A program made the position numbers and the translations under genes. DNA of 64,000 nt. Source: Vicinamibacterales bacterium. GTDB taxonomy: Bacteria; Acidobacteriota; Vicinamibacteria; Vicinamibacterales; UBA8438. Below are positions 1 to 9,243 of the stretch, piece after piece (the stretch's first letter is position 1; every line of letters starts with the position of its first letter). The stretch covers positions 1,461,627 to 1,525,626 of the forward strand of contig CBDBBK010000001.1 in NCBI GenBank assembly GCA_965202655.1. Reading direction: 5' to 3'. The notes beneath the pieces were generated by a model, which made no database searches, was not told the DNA's origin, and worked only from the letters and a program-made list of their open reading frames with translations.

Positions 1-1427
1 CGGACGATCATCGAGACGGCGGCGTTCTTGCCCGTGACGTAGAGCAGCCCGGTGCGCGGGCTGAATGCGGGCGAGCCGAAGCTGGATCCGCCGTGGGCGA
101 CGATCAGGTGCTCCTCGATGGAGTACGGCGTGTACATCTGCCGCGACCGCGACTGCTGCTCCGGATCGTCGAGATGCACGTACGTCGCACAGAACGGCGT
201 CATCGGCACGCCGCGCGCGTTGTGCGGAATCGGCTGGGTCGGATAGACCACCTCGCCCGGCACGTTCGTCTCGGTCGGCACCCGTGTCTCCACCATCGGG
301 TTGATGGGCTCGCCGGTCTCGCGGTTCCAGAGATAGAGGAGGCAGTTCTTGCCGGCTGACCCGACTCCCCGGACCGTCTCGCCGTCGCGCGTGACGTCGA
401 AGAGCACCGGCCCGGTGACGTGGTCCCAATCCCACAGGTCGTGATGAATCGCCTGGTAGTACCAGCGAAGCGCCCCCGTCTCCAGATCGAGAGCGACGGT
501 GGCGTTGGTGAACAGGTTTGCGCCGGGGCGCGCCGATCCGTCGTAGTCGGGTGACGGGTTGCCGGTGTTGAAGTAGATGAGCCCGAGGTCAAGGTCGATG
601 GCGGGCTGCGTCCAGACCCCGCCGCCGGCCCGCTGGCCGTCGCCCCACGTGTCCCGCGCGATCTCCCAGCCGTCGTCCTGCGGCCGCTGCGGAATCGTGT
701 TGAAGACCCACTTGATGGCCCCGGTCGCGGCGTCGGTCGCAATCACCAGGCCACCCGGGATGTGCCCCTCCGATAGCGCGGCCCCGACGTAGAGCGTGCC
801 GTCGTGGTACGCCGGCGCGGCCGTGATCCGATAGCCGAGCTCGTGCGGATCCAGAGTCGGCGGATAGACGTCCGGATACTTGGCCTGCAACGCCAGGCCG
901 ACGACCGGGAGAACGCCGCCGTCGCCGTACGACTCCACGAGCTCGCCGGTCTTCGCGTCCGCCGCGACGAGGTTCGGGCCGTTGTACGAGTAGATCTTGC
1001 CCTCCGCGTACGTCGGCCCCCGGACGCGGTTGGTACGTGCCTCGTTCAGCTCCAGGCTCCACACCTCGCCCCCGGTGACGGCATTGATGGCGATCACACG
1101 CGGGCCTGCATGCAGGTACATCAGGCCGTCGATCACCAGCGGCGTCACCTGGGCGACATCGATCCCCGCCGCCACGTCGTACGACCAGCGTTCGGACAAC
1201 CGGCCGATCGTTTCCGTGTTGATCTCGTCGAGTTCCGAATAGCGGCTGTTGTCGAGGTCGAGGTTATGGCTCGTCCAGTTGGTCTGGCCGCCCGCGGTGA
1301 TGTTCGGCAGCGCGCCCTGCCGGGTGGTCCGTCCCTGTTGCGCCGCCGCCGGCGAGCCGGCGACCACGGCAACCGCCGTCAGAACGACCATGAGCCCTCG
1401 GGTCCGCACGCTGCTGGATGAAGTCAT
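1..1427 (-). CDS. PQQ-dependent dehydrogenase (quinoprotein), 3' end cut by window edge
   Basis: Absent from the ORF track because it runs off the left edge. My minus-strand translation from ATG 1427 gives MTSSSSVRTRGLMVVLTAVAVVAGSPAAAQQ (signal peptide), then VTPLVIDGLMYLH, GGVWTQPAIDLDLGLIYFNTGNPSPDY and ALDLETGALRWYYQAIHHDLWDWD. These are typical quinoprotein propeller motifs. Confidence 0.8.
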   Translation of the reverse strand, partial: MTSSSSVRTRGLMVVLTAVAVVAGSPAAAQQGRTTRQGALPNITAGGQTNWTSHNLDLDNSRYSELDEINTETIGRLSERWSYDVAAGIDVAQVTPLVIDGLMYLHAGPRVIAINAVTGGEVWSLELNEARTNRVRGPTYAEGKIYSYNGPNLVAADAKTGELVESYGDGGVLPVVGLALQAKYPDVYPPTLDPHELGYRITAAPAYHDGTLYVGAALSEGHIPGGLVIATDAATGAIKWVFNTIPQRPQDDGWEIARDTWGDGQRAGGGVWTQPAIDLDLGLIYFNTGNPSPDYDGSARPGANLFTNATVALDLETGALRWYYQAIHHDLWDWDHVTGPVLFDVTRDGETVRGVGSAGKNCLLYLWNRETGEPINPMVETRVPTETNVPGEVVYPTQPIPHNARGVPMTPFCATYVHLDDPEQQSRSRQMYTPYSIEEHLIVAHGGSSFGSPAFSPRTGLLYVTGKNAAVSMIV

Positions 1428-1472
1428 CTGTCGCTCCTTGCGCCAAACATAGTCGGCAACGAATGCGGTCAC

Positions 1473-2321
1473 CTACGGCGCCACCGTCACCGTGACGTCG
1501 GCATAGGAATAGAGGTAGCCGTCGTCCGCCATCCCCCGGAGGACGTACGTGCCCGGCTCGGTGAACGTGGCGGTCGTTACGATGCGGCCGTCCGGCGGCA
1601 GCTCCGGCGGGGTCCAGCCGGGCGTGTGATCCTCCATCGGCGGGGTCCACGGATCGAACGTGACGTCGGCCGGACCGCGGTAGTGGATCCAGGCAAGGCG
1701 CAGGCCGAGGGCGTTCCTGCGGCCGGGCGGCCGGCTGTTGCGGGCGGGACGCATTTCTGGGACACCGTCGTCGGCGACCACGGCGGCCAGGGTGAGCGGT
1801 TCGCCAACGCGGGCGGTCCGCTCCAGCCCCTCCTCGATGCTGATCGTCGGCGCGGCGTTGGCCATCTCCGGCGCGCCGCCGCCGGCGCGGTTCATGGCGA
1901 TGACCTGATCGTCGATGATCTGCTCCGGGACCAGCCAGCCGACGGCGCGGTCGGTCTGGCCGTGGGCGGTAACCGTCCAGACCAGCTCCCTGTCGCCCCA
2001 GTCGGCCGGGACGCGGACGCGGAAGATGACCCGCTGGCGGCGCGGGTAGAAGTAGGTAGGCTGCCCCCGGTCGGGAGCTCCCGGTTCGAAGTAGTTGTCG
2101 GGACCGACGGGGATGTTCAGGTGCTCCTCGTAGTTCCGGTTGAGGTAGCCGAACACCATGTTGAAGCTGCCGTCGGGATTCTGCTCCCACCCCTCGAAGA
2201 CCGGCTGCAGGTTCTGGCCGCTGTGATAAGTCTGCGCGCCGGCGGGTGACGCCCACACCAGCAGCGACACGGCGGCGACGGCAACGGAGAGCCGGACGGC
2301 GACGGGCGCGGCGGCGCGCAT
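1473..2321 (-). CDS. secreted protein of unknown function, translationally coupled to the upstream cytochrome c / monooxygenase-like gene
   Basis: In-frame ATG at 2321 inside the 573-aa track ORF gives MRAAAPVAVRLSVAVAAVSLLVWASPAGAQ (signal peptide). The stop of the upstream gene and this ATG share one base (TGATG at 2319-2323). The upstream part of the 573-aa ORF is Arg/Gly-rich junk overlapping the real gene 2321-3598. Confidence 0.7.
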   Translation of the reverse strand: MRAAAPVAVRLSVAVAAVSLLVWASPAGAQTYHSGQNLQPVFEGWEQNPDGSFNMVFGYLNRNYEEHLNIPVGPDNYFEPGAPDRGQPTYFYPRRQRVIFRVRVPADWGDRELVWTVTAHGQTDRAVGWLVPEQIIDDQVIAMNRAGGGAPEMANAAPTISIEEGLERTARVGEPLTLAAVVADDGVPEMRPARNSRPPGRRNALGLRLAWIHYRGPADVTFDPWTPPMEDHTPGWTPPELPPDGRIVTTATFTEPGTYVLRGMADDGYLYSYADVTVTVAP

Positions 2322-3598
2322 CAGTTGTTGTTCGTCTGGCGCGCCCGCTCCTCCAGCCGCCGATCGAACTCGTCCTCCGACATGTGGAAGAAGCTCATCC
2401 AGGCGAAGCTCATGTCGTCGATGGAGCGGTTGCCGAAGCCGACCCAGTTCTTCGGGTCGGGGTTGTAGCGGTTGCTCGCCGTGTTGTTGTGCCAGCCGAT
2501 GACGTGGAGGATGGTCCCGGCCGGCAGCAGCGGCGCCTCGTGGTCCGCGTAGTTGTAGACGATGTGCCAGCCGAAGTTGTGTTTCGTGCAGCTCAGCGTG
2601 TCGATCCTGCCGTCCGGGTGGATCGCCTCGACGCACATCCGGTCGCCGCGGATGTGCATGTGCGGCTGGAATCCCGTCACCTGCGTCGGCTCGGGCAGCA
2701 CGTAGTAGCCGTCGCTCCGGGCGTTGGTCTCTCCGGCGCGGATGTCGAGCGTATCGAAACTGTCGCCGACGTGGCGCGAGATGAGGACCTCGTCCGGCAC
2801 GTAGCCGGGCGGATAGAACTGGAAGCCGACCCGGGTCCGGTCGCGAATCTCCTCTCCGACCGAGCTGTAGTGCATGTTGAAGCGGATCTGGGTTCCCGCC
2901 TTGATCAGGCGGCCCGTCCCGTCGGGAAAGATGTCGCCGTTCTTCCCCATCGCGTACTCGTTGAGGAAGCCGCCTCCCTCCTCGCCGTCCTCCTCCTCCC
3001 AGGTCATGGACGTGGCGACGTGATGCACCACCGGATAGGCGCCGGGCGACGGCTTGGTCTCGACCGCCTTGATGTAGCGGTCCTCGGTCAGCCGCGAGTC
3101 GGCCCAGATGTCGAGCCAGCGGTCCGCGTCGACCGCGCCGACGACCACTTCGTCCGGCAACTCGACGATCCACTCGGGCGGGCCGATCCGCCACTCGTCG
3201 AGGTCGGCCAGCTCGATGGGCGGCGGCGCGTCGGCCGGGTTGCCGCGCGGCGCGCCGGCCTCCACCCAGCGGCCAATGGTGGCGATCTCCTCGTCGGAGA
3301 GCGACGGATCCTCCTTGAAGGCGCGAACGCCGACGTTCCGTTCGATGAACCAGGGCGGCATCTCGCGCTGTGCCGTCTTGTCACGGATGGCGCGCGCCCA
3401 TGGGCGCACCTCCTCGTAGGTGAGGAGCGACATCGGCGCGACCGATCCCGGCCGGTGACACTGCTGGCAGGTGCGCTGCAGGATCGGCAGCACGTCCTTC
3501 GTGAAGGTGGTCTCGGCCGGCGGCTGGGCCCCCTCGGTGGGGGCGACGGCGGCCACGAATAGCGCCAGGACGCCGATCGTGCAACGGGTGGAGTTCAT
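2321..3598 (-). CDS. exported fusion protein: N-terminal PSCyt1-like c-type cytochrome module + PHM/DBH-like (copper type II ascorbate-dependent monooxygenase-like) domain
   Basis: Signal peptide, then DVLPILQRTCQQCHRPG (CxxCH at aa 44-48). Then the ordered motifs VVHHV (aa 192-193), NMHY (243), QPHMHIRG (313/315) and SIDDMSFAW (396), plus NPDPKNWVGFG. GGGAGG Shine-Dalgarno upstream of ATG 3598. Confidence 0.6.
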   Translation of the reverse strand: MNSTRCTIGVLALFVAAVAPTEGAQPPAETTFTKDVLPILQRTCQQCHRPGSVAPMSLLTYEEVRPWARAIRDKTAQREMPPWFIERNVGVRAFKEDPSLSDEEIATIGRWVEAGAPRGNPADAPPPIELADLDEWRIGPPEWIVELPDEVVVGAVDADRWLDIWADSRLTEDRYIKAVETKPSPGAYPVVHHVATSMTWEEEDGEEGGGFLNEYAMGKNGDIFPDGTGRLIKAGTQIRFNMHYSSVGEEIRDRTRVGFQFYPPGYVPDEVLISRHVGDSFDTLDIRAGETNARSDGYYVLPEPTQVTGFQPHMHIRGDRMCVEAIHPDGRIDTLSCTKHNFGWHIVYNYADHEAPLLPAGTILHVIGWHNNTASNRYNPDPKNWVGFGNRSIDDMSFAWMSFFHMSEDEFDRRLEERARQTNNN

Positions 3599-3635
3599 CG
3601 TTCAGCCTCCCTCGGAGCGCCGATCTGTTTCACGC

Positions 3636-4547
3636 CTACCGGCTCTCGGACACCTCATCGTAGAACAGTTGAAGCGCCACGTCGCTCAGCGGCCAGTCGA
3701 GGTCGTCCGTCTGGATGCGGCCCGGCACATCGTCGCGGCTGACACCCGCCTCGACCGCCTCGCGCATTCTGTCCTGCAGGGTCTGCATCCGGTCGCGGAA
3801 GATCTGCACCTCGTCCTTGCCCATTATCGGTCCGTGGCCCGGAATGACGGTGTCGAAATCCAGCTCGAGCACGCCGTCGAGGGTCGCCGTCCACGCGAGC
3901 CCGCTGCCGCCGTTACCGAAGTCCATGAAGGGCGCGAGCGTGCTGCCGTCGGAGCGCTGCCCCCAGATGAACAGGTCGCCGGTGTGGACGGTGCGCAGGT
4001 CCGGAAAGTAGATCACGGCGTCGCCGTTCGTGTGGCCACGACCGAAGTGGTGCGCCTGCACCTCGACGCCCCCGATGAAGATGGACGTCTCGTCGCTGAA
4101 GACGACGCGCGGGGCGCCCGGCTGATTGTTCCGGACCATGTTGCCGCGCGCGTTCCTGTGCGAGATCACCTCGCTCACGGCCATGAAGTCAGCGTTGCTG
4201 CCGGCATGGTCGCCGTGGTGGTGCGTATCGAGCACGTACCGGATCGGCAGGGAAGTCATCTTCCGTACTTCGGTGGTGATCATCTCGTAGCTATAGGGGA
4301 ACTTGTTGTCCACGAGGATGACGCCGTCGTTGGTGACCCGCACCGCGACGTTGCCGCCCGTAACGCCGCCGTCGAGACCCGGGATGACGTACAGGCCGTT
4401 CTTCCCCGGCACGGGCCGGATTGCGGTCAGCTCGGCCAGCCGCTCGGGCGTGACCTCCTGCTGGGCGGCCGGGCGTTCCGCGGCCACTACGGACAGGACC
4501 GCGAGCCCCCCCACGACCGTCGCCGCCGCCAGTCTCGGTTTCCGCAT
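3636..4547 (-). CDS. MBL-fold metallo-hydrolase, secreted
   Basis: DTHHHGDHAG (HxHxDH motif) and GHGP. Internal ATG 4547 (MRKPRLAAATVVGGLAVLSVVAA signal peptide) is preceded by GGAG. The longer 372-aa ORF start would overlap ybdK. Confidence 0.8.
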   Translation of the reverse strand: MRKPRLAAATVVGGLAVLSVVAAERPAAQQEVTPERLAELTAIRPVPGKNGLYVIPGLDGGVTGGNVAVRVTNDGVILVDNKFPYSYEMITTEVRKMTSLPIRYVLDTHHHGDHAGSNADFMAVSEVISHRNARGNMVRNNQPGAPRVVFSDETSIFIGGVEVQAHHFGRGHTNGDAVIYFPDLRTVHTGDLFIWGQRSDGSTLAPFMDFGNGGSGLAWTATLDGVLELDFDTVIPGHGPIMGKDEVQIFRDRMQTLQDRMREAVEAGVSRDDVPGRIQTDDLDWPLSDVALQLFYDEVSESR

Positions 4548-4579
4548 CACCGTTCTCCTCGCAACCGCCCCATTATGCG

Positions 4580-5740
4580 TCAACCGTCGTCGATTCCGAC
4601 CCTGGTTTCCTCGATCACGAGGTCGACGACGGACCGGAGCGCCTCCTCGTCGGAATCTCCCTCCAGGCGGCGCAACCGGTAGTGGTCGAGTTGCCGGTCC
4701 GCGCCCGAGCCATCCCGAATGATCATCAGCGCATGACGCACTTCGTCCTCGCAACCGAGGGCGCGCGCATCATTCGCCAGCTCGGCAACGAATTCCTCGG
4801 CATAGTCGGCAATGTCGATCCGGCCGGCGCGGGTAGGATGGCCGAGGAACGCTAGAACACCGTAACGCTGCGCGAGCCAGCGGTTCTCGGCAATGATCTC
4901 CGTCGGCGGTTCGGGCGGCAACGCCCCGGCCCGCACCTGCCGCAACAGGCACCGGACGAGGGATGCGTAGAGCGCGGCGATGCTGATGGCATCCTCGAGG
5001 CGCGGACAGATGTCGCAGATGCGGACTTCGATGGTCGGGAAGTTGGGCGACGGGCGGATATCCCACCACAGCTCGCTGCCGTCGCTGATGAACTGCGCGC
5101 GCCGGTAGTCGTCGACCAGGCGGTCGTAATCGGACACCGATCGAAGCGGACCCGGCAGGCTGGTGCGCGGCAGGGCGCCCATCATGTTCAGCCGATACGA
5201 CTTGAACCCGGTAGTGCGGCCCGAACTGAAGGGGGAGGATCCCGAGAGCGCGTGCAGCAGCGGCAGGTGGCGCCGGACGGCGGTCATGATGCGGATGCGT
5301 TCGTCGCCGTTGCCGAAACCCGCGTGGACGTGCATGCCGCCCACCAGCATCCGCCGGACGCTTTCCTGAAAAGTGACCGCGAACCGCTCGTAGCGTTCCT
5401 TCGGCGTCGGCATCTGCGCTTGCCATGCCGCGAAGGGATGGGTCGACGACCCCAGCACCGCCGCTCCGTGCGCGGCGGCCGCCTCCACGACGAGCCGGCG
5501 AGTCTCCCGGAGCGCCTTGCGCGCCTCCTGCACCGACGCGCAGACGCGCGTGTTGGTTTCGATCTGTGAGCGGAGGAACTCGTGGACCACCTTGTGCGGT
5601 CCCCGGTTCCGTTGGCACGCCTCGAAGATGGCGGGATCCGGATCGGCCAGCAGGTCGCGGGTTTCGGGATCTACGAGAAAGAACTCTTCCTCGATGCCGA
5701 GCGTAATGGTCAGATCTTCAGCGACGCCGGCCGTGGTCAC
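4580..5740 (-). CDS. ybdK: carboxylate-amine ligase, YbdK / glutamate-cysteine ligase family 2
   Basis: N-terminus ITLGIEEEFFLVDPETRDL and overall GCS2-like pattern (HVHAGF..., PTIEVRICD). Confidence 0.75.
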   Translation of the reverse strand: MTTAGVAEDLTITLGIEEEFFLVDPETRDLLADPDPAIFEACQRNRGPHKVVHEFLRSQIETNTRVCASVQEARKALRETRRLVVEAAAAHGAAVLGSSTHPFAAWQAQMPTPKERYERFAVTFQESVRRMLVGGMHVHAGFGNGDERIRIMTAVRRHLPLLHALSGSSPFSSGRTTGFKSYRLNMMGALPRTSLPGPLRSVSDYDRLVDDYRRAQFISDGSELWWDIRPSPNFPTIEVRICDICPRLEDAISIAALYASLVRCLLRQVRAGALPPEPPTEIIAENRWLAQRYGVLAFLGHPTRAGRIDIADYAEEFVAELANDARALGCEDEVRHALMIIRDGSGADRQLDHYRLRRLEGDSDEEALRSVVDLVIEETRVGIDDG

Positions 5741-5800
5741 GTCCGGGAACTCCCTGCGGAAAACCGTGCTGCTGTCGTGCCCGCGCGGCGGCGCGCCGGT

Positions 5801-6274
5801 CTAGTCGCCGGCCGGCCGGAGCTCTACGGCAGAGGCAAGGAAGCTCACCTCTGTCGCGGTGCCGTCCGGATTGCGGGTAAGGGCGACTCCTTCTTCGATC
5901 AGGTGGTCGGCCTGACGCTTCGAAAAGACGTTGGTCTCGAACACTCCCTCGATCCGCGCCGCGTGGCCGTCCGAGTCCGTGGGGACGAAGAAGGCGTAGT
6001 CCTTGAAGGTGACACGCAGGCCGCGTGCGGCGCCGTCCTGCACCAGTTCCATCCAGCACCCCTTGACCTGGCACACCCGGCGAACCGACCCCTCCAGGAT
6101 GACGCTGGTGTCCATGTACGCGTGGATGGTGCTGAGCGCGTCAACCAGGTCGACCACCGGTGACTTGCCGATGGCGTCTCCCCGCTTGATCACGTCTTCC
6201 TGCGCTCCCGCCATGCCGGCGAAACCAACGGCGACAAGCGCGAATACGACAAAGGCGCAACTGAACTGGCGCAT
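5801..6274 (-). CDS. DUF4920 domain protein, secreted
   Basis: VCQVKGCWMELVQDG...VTFKDYAFFVPTDSDGH...IEGVF. Start chosen at ATG 6274 (MRQFSCAFVVFALVAVGFAGMAGA signal peptide). Confidence 0.6.
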   Translation of the reverse strand: MRQFSCAFVVFALVAVGFAGMAGAQEDVIKRGDAIGKSPVVDLVDALSTIHAYMDTSVILEGSVRRVCQVKGCWMELVQDGAARGLRVTFKDYAFFVPTDSDGHAARIEGVFETNVFSKRQADHLIEEGVALTRNPDGTATEVSFLASAVELRPAGD

Positions 6275-6487
6275 CACGAACCCCCTGCCTCGAACCGTGG
6301 CGAGCATCATACCACCCCTCCCGGACCGTCGGGCCCGCCGCGGGATAGACGTTCGCGCGCGTCGCTACTGACGGCCGCGATGCGTGGCAGTATGCTGCAA
6401 GGATGCTGCGACGTCCGATCGCGTTCGTCGTGTTCCTGGTGGGCTAGGCGCACGCCAGGGGGCCGTTCATGGTCGTCGCCGAGTTCA

Positions 6488-7522
6488 TCACCTGACGTTT
6501 GCGAACGGCACGGCCGGCTCCCGAACGCCGGGGTGTCCGCCGTCGATCCGCTGCTGGGAGACCAGCGAGGCGGCTTTGAGGGCGAGCGGCTCGTTGGCGC
6601 GCGCGCCGGTGAGCAGGTTCACCATCCCGTAGTTGCCTTCGTGGCACGCGTACTCGTAGATCGGGTCCTGGTTCTCCCGCCAGCGGAAGGGAATCGCCAC
6701 CGTGTAGGGGCGGGTGTAAGTGAACGGATCCTCCACCGTGAACGAGTAGTCGATCGTCTCGGCGTCGACGCGCGTGAAACGCTCCACGATGCGCAGCGTG
6801 TCGCCGGGGCCGCGGTGCCCCGTCTGCAGGATGTGCGACGGCTGGTAGTCGCCTCCGTCCAGACGGTCGTGGAAGTGGATGGTCTCCACCACCAGGGTGT
6901 TCCCCTCCCAGCGGCCGCGTGAATCGCCGAGCCACTGGCGGATACCGCCGGACGAGTGCGGGCGGCCGTCGATCGGGATGATCCGCGTCTCGTGGATCAT
7001 CTCGATCTGAATGGCGACGTGAGTGGGCGTCTGGAAGATCTGGTAGTTGTTGTTATAGAGGTTGGGAATCATCTGGACCGGCATCGTCCGGGAAATGCAC
7101 CGCTCCCAACTGTTGCGGTCGAGCCAGGAATCGCCTTCGCCCCGCCCCTCGCGCGCCTTCTCGCGAGCCACGAGCCGCGCGATCGCTTCCGGCGTCATCG
7201 AGATCCGTCCGTCCGGGGGATCGATGATCAGGGAGGGCTGCTCCAGCCGCCCGCCCGTCTCCGGCCAGGCCGCTCCGGTGCCGCGGGTCGCGGCAATGAC
7301 CGGCGCGCGGGCGTCGCGGTCACGCTGCACCTCCGCCTCGGTCATCTGCTCCAGCGGAGTCGTCGTCGAGTTGTTCCAGATCCCCTGCAGGTCGGGATCG
7401 CCCCACGGCGTGCGCGGGGTTCCTTCGCCGCCGCTCTGCGCCGCCACCAGGGACACGCCCAGCAGCGCGGCCGCGCAAACCGCCCCGATCGTGCTCATCC
7501 TGCGAACCGTCAGCCTCATCAT
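6488..7522 (-). CDS. secreted protein of unknown function (paralog 1 of a tandem pair)
   Basis: Signal peptide, then TPRTPWGDPDLQGIWN, IIDPPDGRI, YNNNYQIFQTP, GIRQWLGDSRGRWEGNTLVV and YEYACHEGNYGMVNLL. All of these are shared with 7805-8821. Confidence 0.7.
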   Translation of the reverse strand: MMRLTVRRMSTIGAVCAAALLGVSLVAAQSGGEGTPRTPWGDPDLQGIWNNSTTTPLEQMTEAEVQRDRDARAPVIAATRGTGAAWPETGGRLEQPSLIIDPPDGRISMTPEAIARLVAREKAREGRGEGDSWLDRNSWERCISRTMPVQMIPNLYNNNYQIFQTPTHVAIQIEMIHETRIIPIDGRPHSSGGIRQWLGDSRGRWEGNTLVVETIHFHDRLDGGDYQPSHILQTGHRGPGDTLRIVERFTRVDAETIDYSFTVEDPFTYTRPYTVAIPFRWRENQDPIYEYACHEGNYGMVNLLTGARANEPLALKAASLVSQQRIDGGHPGVREPAVPFANVR

Positions 7523-7596
7523 CCGACACTCCCCTGCGCGTATTCGCCGACCGTGGGAACCAGTCGGCGTCCGCTTCGTATTCTAAGGAAGAAACC

Positions 7597-7797
7597 GTGA
7601 CCAAGTTCCTCCTCTGGTGCATCCTGTTCGTTCTGTGCTGGCCGCTGGCCCTGCTGGCGCTGCTGCTCTATCCGATCGTCTGGCTCGTGCTGCTGCCGTT
7701 CCGGCTTCTTGGCATTGCCGTGAGCGGCGCGCTGAGCTTCGTTGCGGCGGTCATCCTGCTGCCCGCCCGCGTACTCGGCGGGCGACGGTTCGCGTAG
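7597..7797 (+). CDS. small hydrophobic membrane protein (2 predicted TM helices)
   Basis: GTG start preceded by AAGGAAG. High GC3. Sequence FLLWCILFVLCWPLALLALLLYPIVWLVLLPFRLLGIAVSGALSFVAAVILLP. Confidence 0.55.
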   Translation: MTKFLLWCILFVLCWPLALLALLLYPIVWLVLLPFRLLGIAVSGALSFVAAVILLPARVLGGRRFA

Positions 7798-7804
7798 GCG
7801 CCGC

Positions 7805-8821
7805 CTACTGCTGCTCCGCCGCTTCCCGTTCTTCGGCCCGGGCGCCGAGCAGCAGATTCTCCATCCCGTAGTTGCCCTCGTGGCAGGCATATTCGTAGAG
7901 CGGCAGGTCGCTCCGGTTCATCGGGAGCCGCCCGCTGAACGAGCGCGTGAAGCTGGCCGGATCGTTGACGGTGAACTCGTAGAGCAGCGTGTCGCCGTCC
8001 ACCCGCGTGAACCGCTCCTCCAGGTGCAGTCCGCCCGCCGATCCCCGCGCCAGGCCGGTCAGGGCGAAGCTGGCCGTCCGGTCGGTGAAGTTGCGGGTGT
8101 CGACGACCAGCGTGTCGCCGTCCCACCGGCCGCGCGAGCTGCCCATCCACTGGCGGATTCCGTCGGCAATCACGGGGCGGCCATCGAGCGGCACCACGCG
8201 CACGTCGTGGTTCATTTCGATCAGCAGCACGACGGCGTCCGGCGTCTGGAAGATCTGCACGTTGTTGTTGTAGCCCCCGGGCAACAGCGGCGGGCCGGTG
8301 CTGAATCCGAGGAGGCAGCGCTCCGCCAGACCTCGCTCTTCGGGACCGGCGGTGCCGTAGCCGCCGACGCGTATTCGCACCGGCTGGCCGTCCCCGGCCA
8401 GCCGCGCCTCTTCGCGCGCTTCGGCCTCGGGCGTAAGGGGCGGTATCCGGCCGTCCGGCGGATCGACGATCAACGACGACTGTGTCAGCGCCGTCGCCCG
8501 CGCGCGATCCGTCCAGACGGCCTGGCTGTAGGCGCCCGGATCCCCGGGCGGCGCGGCCAGATCCCGTGCCAGGGCGGCCTCGTTGGCCTCCTGCGCCACC
8601 GCCGCGGCCTCCTCGTCGGTCAGTGTCGGCCGGTCGGCCAACTCATCCGGGCGCTCGAGCGGCGTGAACGTCCAGTAGTCCCACACGCCGCCGAGGTCGG
8701 GATCGCCCCACGGCGTGCGCGGCGCGTCCGACGACTGCGCCACGGCGACGGCCGGAAGCAGCAGCGCCAGCGCCACAACCAGCGACGGCCTGACCAATGA
8801 CCGGGTCATGCGTCTGCGCAT
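7805..8821 (-). CDS. secreted protein of unknown function (paralog 2 of a tandem pair)
   Basis: APRTPWGDPDLGGVWDYW, IVDPPDGRI, YNNNVQIFQTP, GIRQWMGSSRGRWDGDTLVV and YEYACHEGNYGMENLL. Confidence 0.7.
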   Translation of the reverse strand: MRRRMTRSLVRPSLVVALALLLPAVAVAQSSDAPRTPWGDPDLGGVWDYWTFTPLERPDELADRPTLTDEEAAAVAQEANEAALARDLAAPPGDPGAYSQAVWTDRARATALTQSSLIVDPPDGRIPPLTPEAEAREEARLAGDGQPVRIRVGGYGTAGPEERGLAERCLLGFSTGPPLLPGGYNNNVQIFQTPDAVVLLIEMNHDVRVVPLDGRPVIADGIRQWMGSSRGRWDGDTLVVDTRNFTDRTASFALTGLARGSAGGLHLEERFTRVDGDTLLYEFTVNDPASFTRSFSGRLPMNRSDLPLYEYACHEGNYGMENLLLGARAEEREAAEQQ

Positions 8822-8901
8822 CGGTCTCCTCCTCTGAATCCGCTCACTGCGACATCGCGGAACCTGCGGGTCGGCAAAGCCATCACAGCCTTCGGGGCAT
8901 C

Positions 8902-8921
8902 ATACCTGAATTAGGTATACT
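8902..8921 (+). promoter_or_regulatory. inverted repeat ATACCT-GAATT-AGGTAT overlapping a TATACT -10-like hexamer, candidate higBA operator/promoter
   Basis: Read directly: arms at 8902-8907 and 8913-8918; TATACT at 8916-8921, 12 nt upstream of the higB GTG (8934). AT-rich in a GC-rich context. Confidence 0.35.
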
Positions 8922-8933
8922 GCTGGGCAGGCG

Positions 8934-9224
8934 GTGGCGATTCAGGGGTTCGCCAGTCGGGCGATCGAACGCTTCTACATCGATGGCGTGGCGCCGCGCG
9001 GGGTCGGCTGGGCACCGGTTGCCCGAATCGCCTTCCGGAAGCTCGACATGCTGGACTACGCAGGCACATTGAATGACCTGAGGTCACCTCCTGGTAATCG
9101 AATGGAACGATTGAAGGGCCGACTGGCTGGTCTGCACAGTATCCGGATCAACGACCAGTGGCGGGTGGTCTTCCGCTGGACGGCCGCAGGACCCACCGAC
9201 GTCGATATTCTTGACTACCACTGA
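8934..9224 (+). CDS. higB: type II toxin HigB (RelE/ParE superfamily, plasmid maintenance system killer type)
   Basis: ...RMERLKGRLAGLHSIRINDQWRVVFRWTAAGPTDVDILDYH. Toxin-first order with the downstream HTH antitoxin. Confidence 0.8.
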   Translation: MAIQGFASRAIERFYIDGVAPRGVGWAPVARIAFRKLDMLDYAGTLNDLRSPPGNRMERLKGRLAGLHSIRINDQWRVVFRWTAAGPTDVDILDYH

Positions 9225-9243
9225 ATCGTGAACGGAGGACTTC

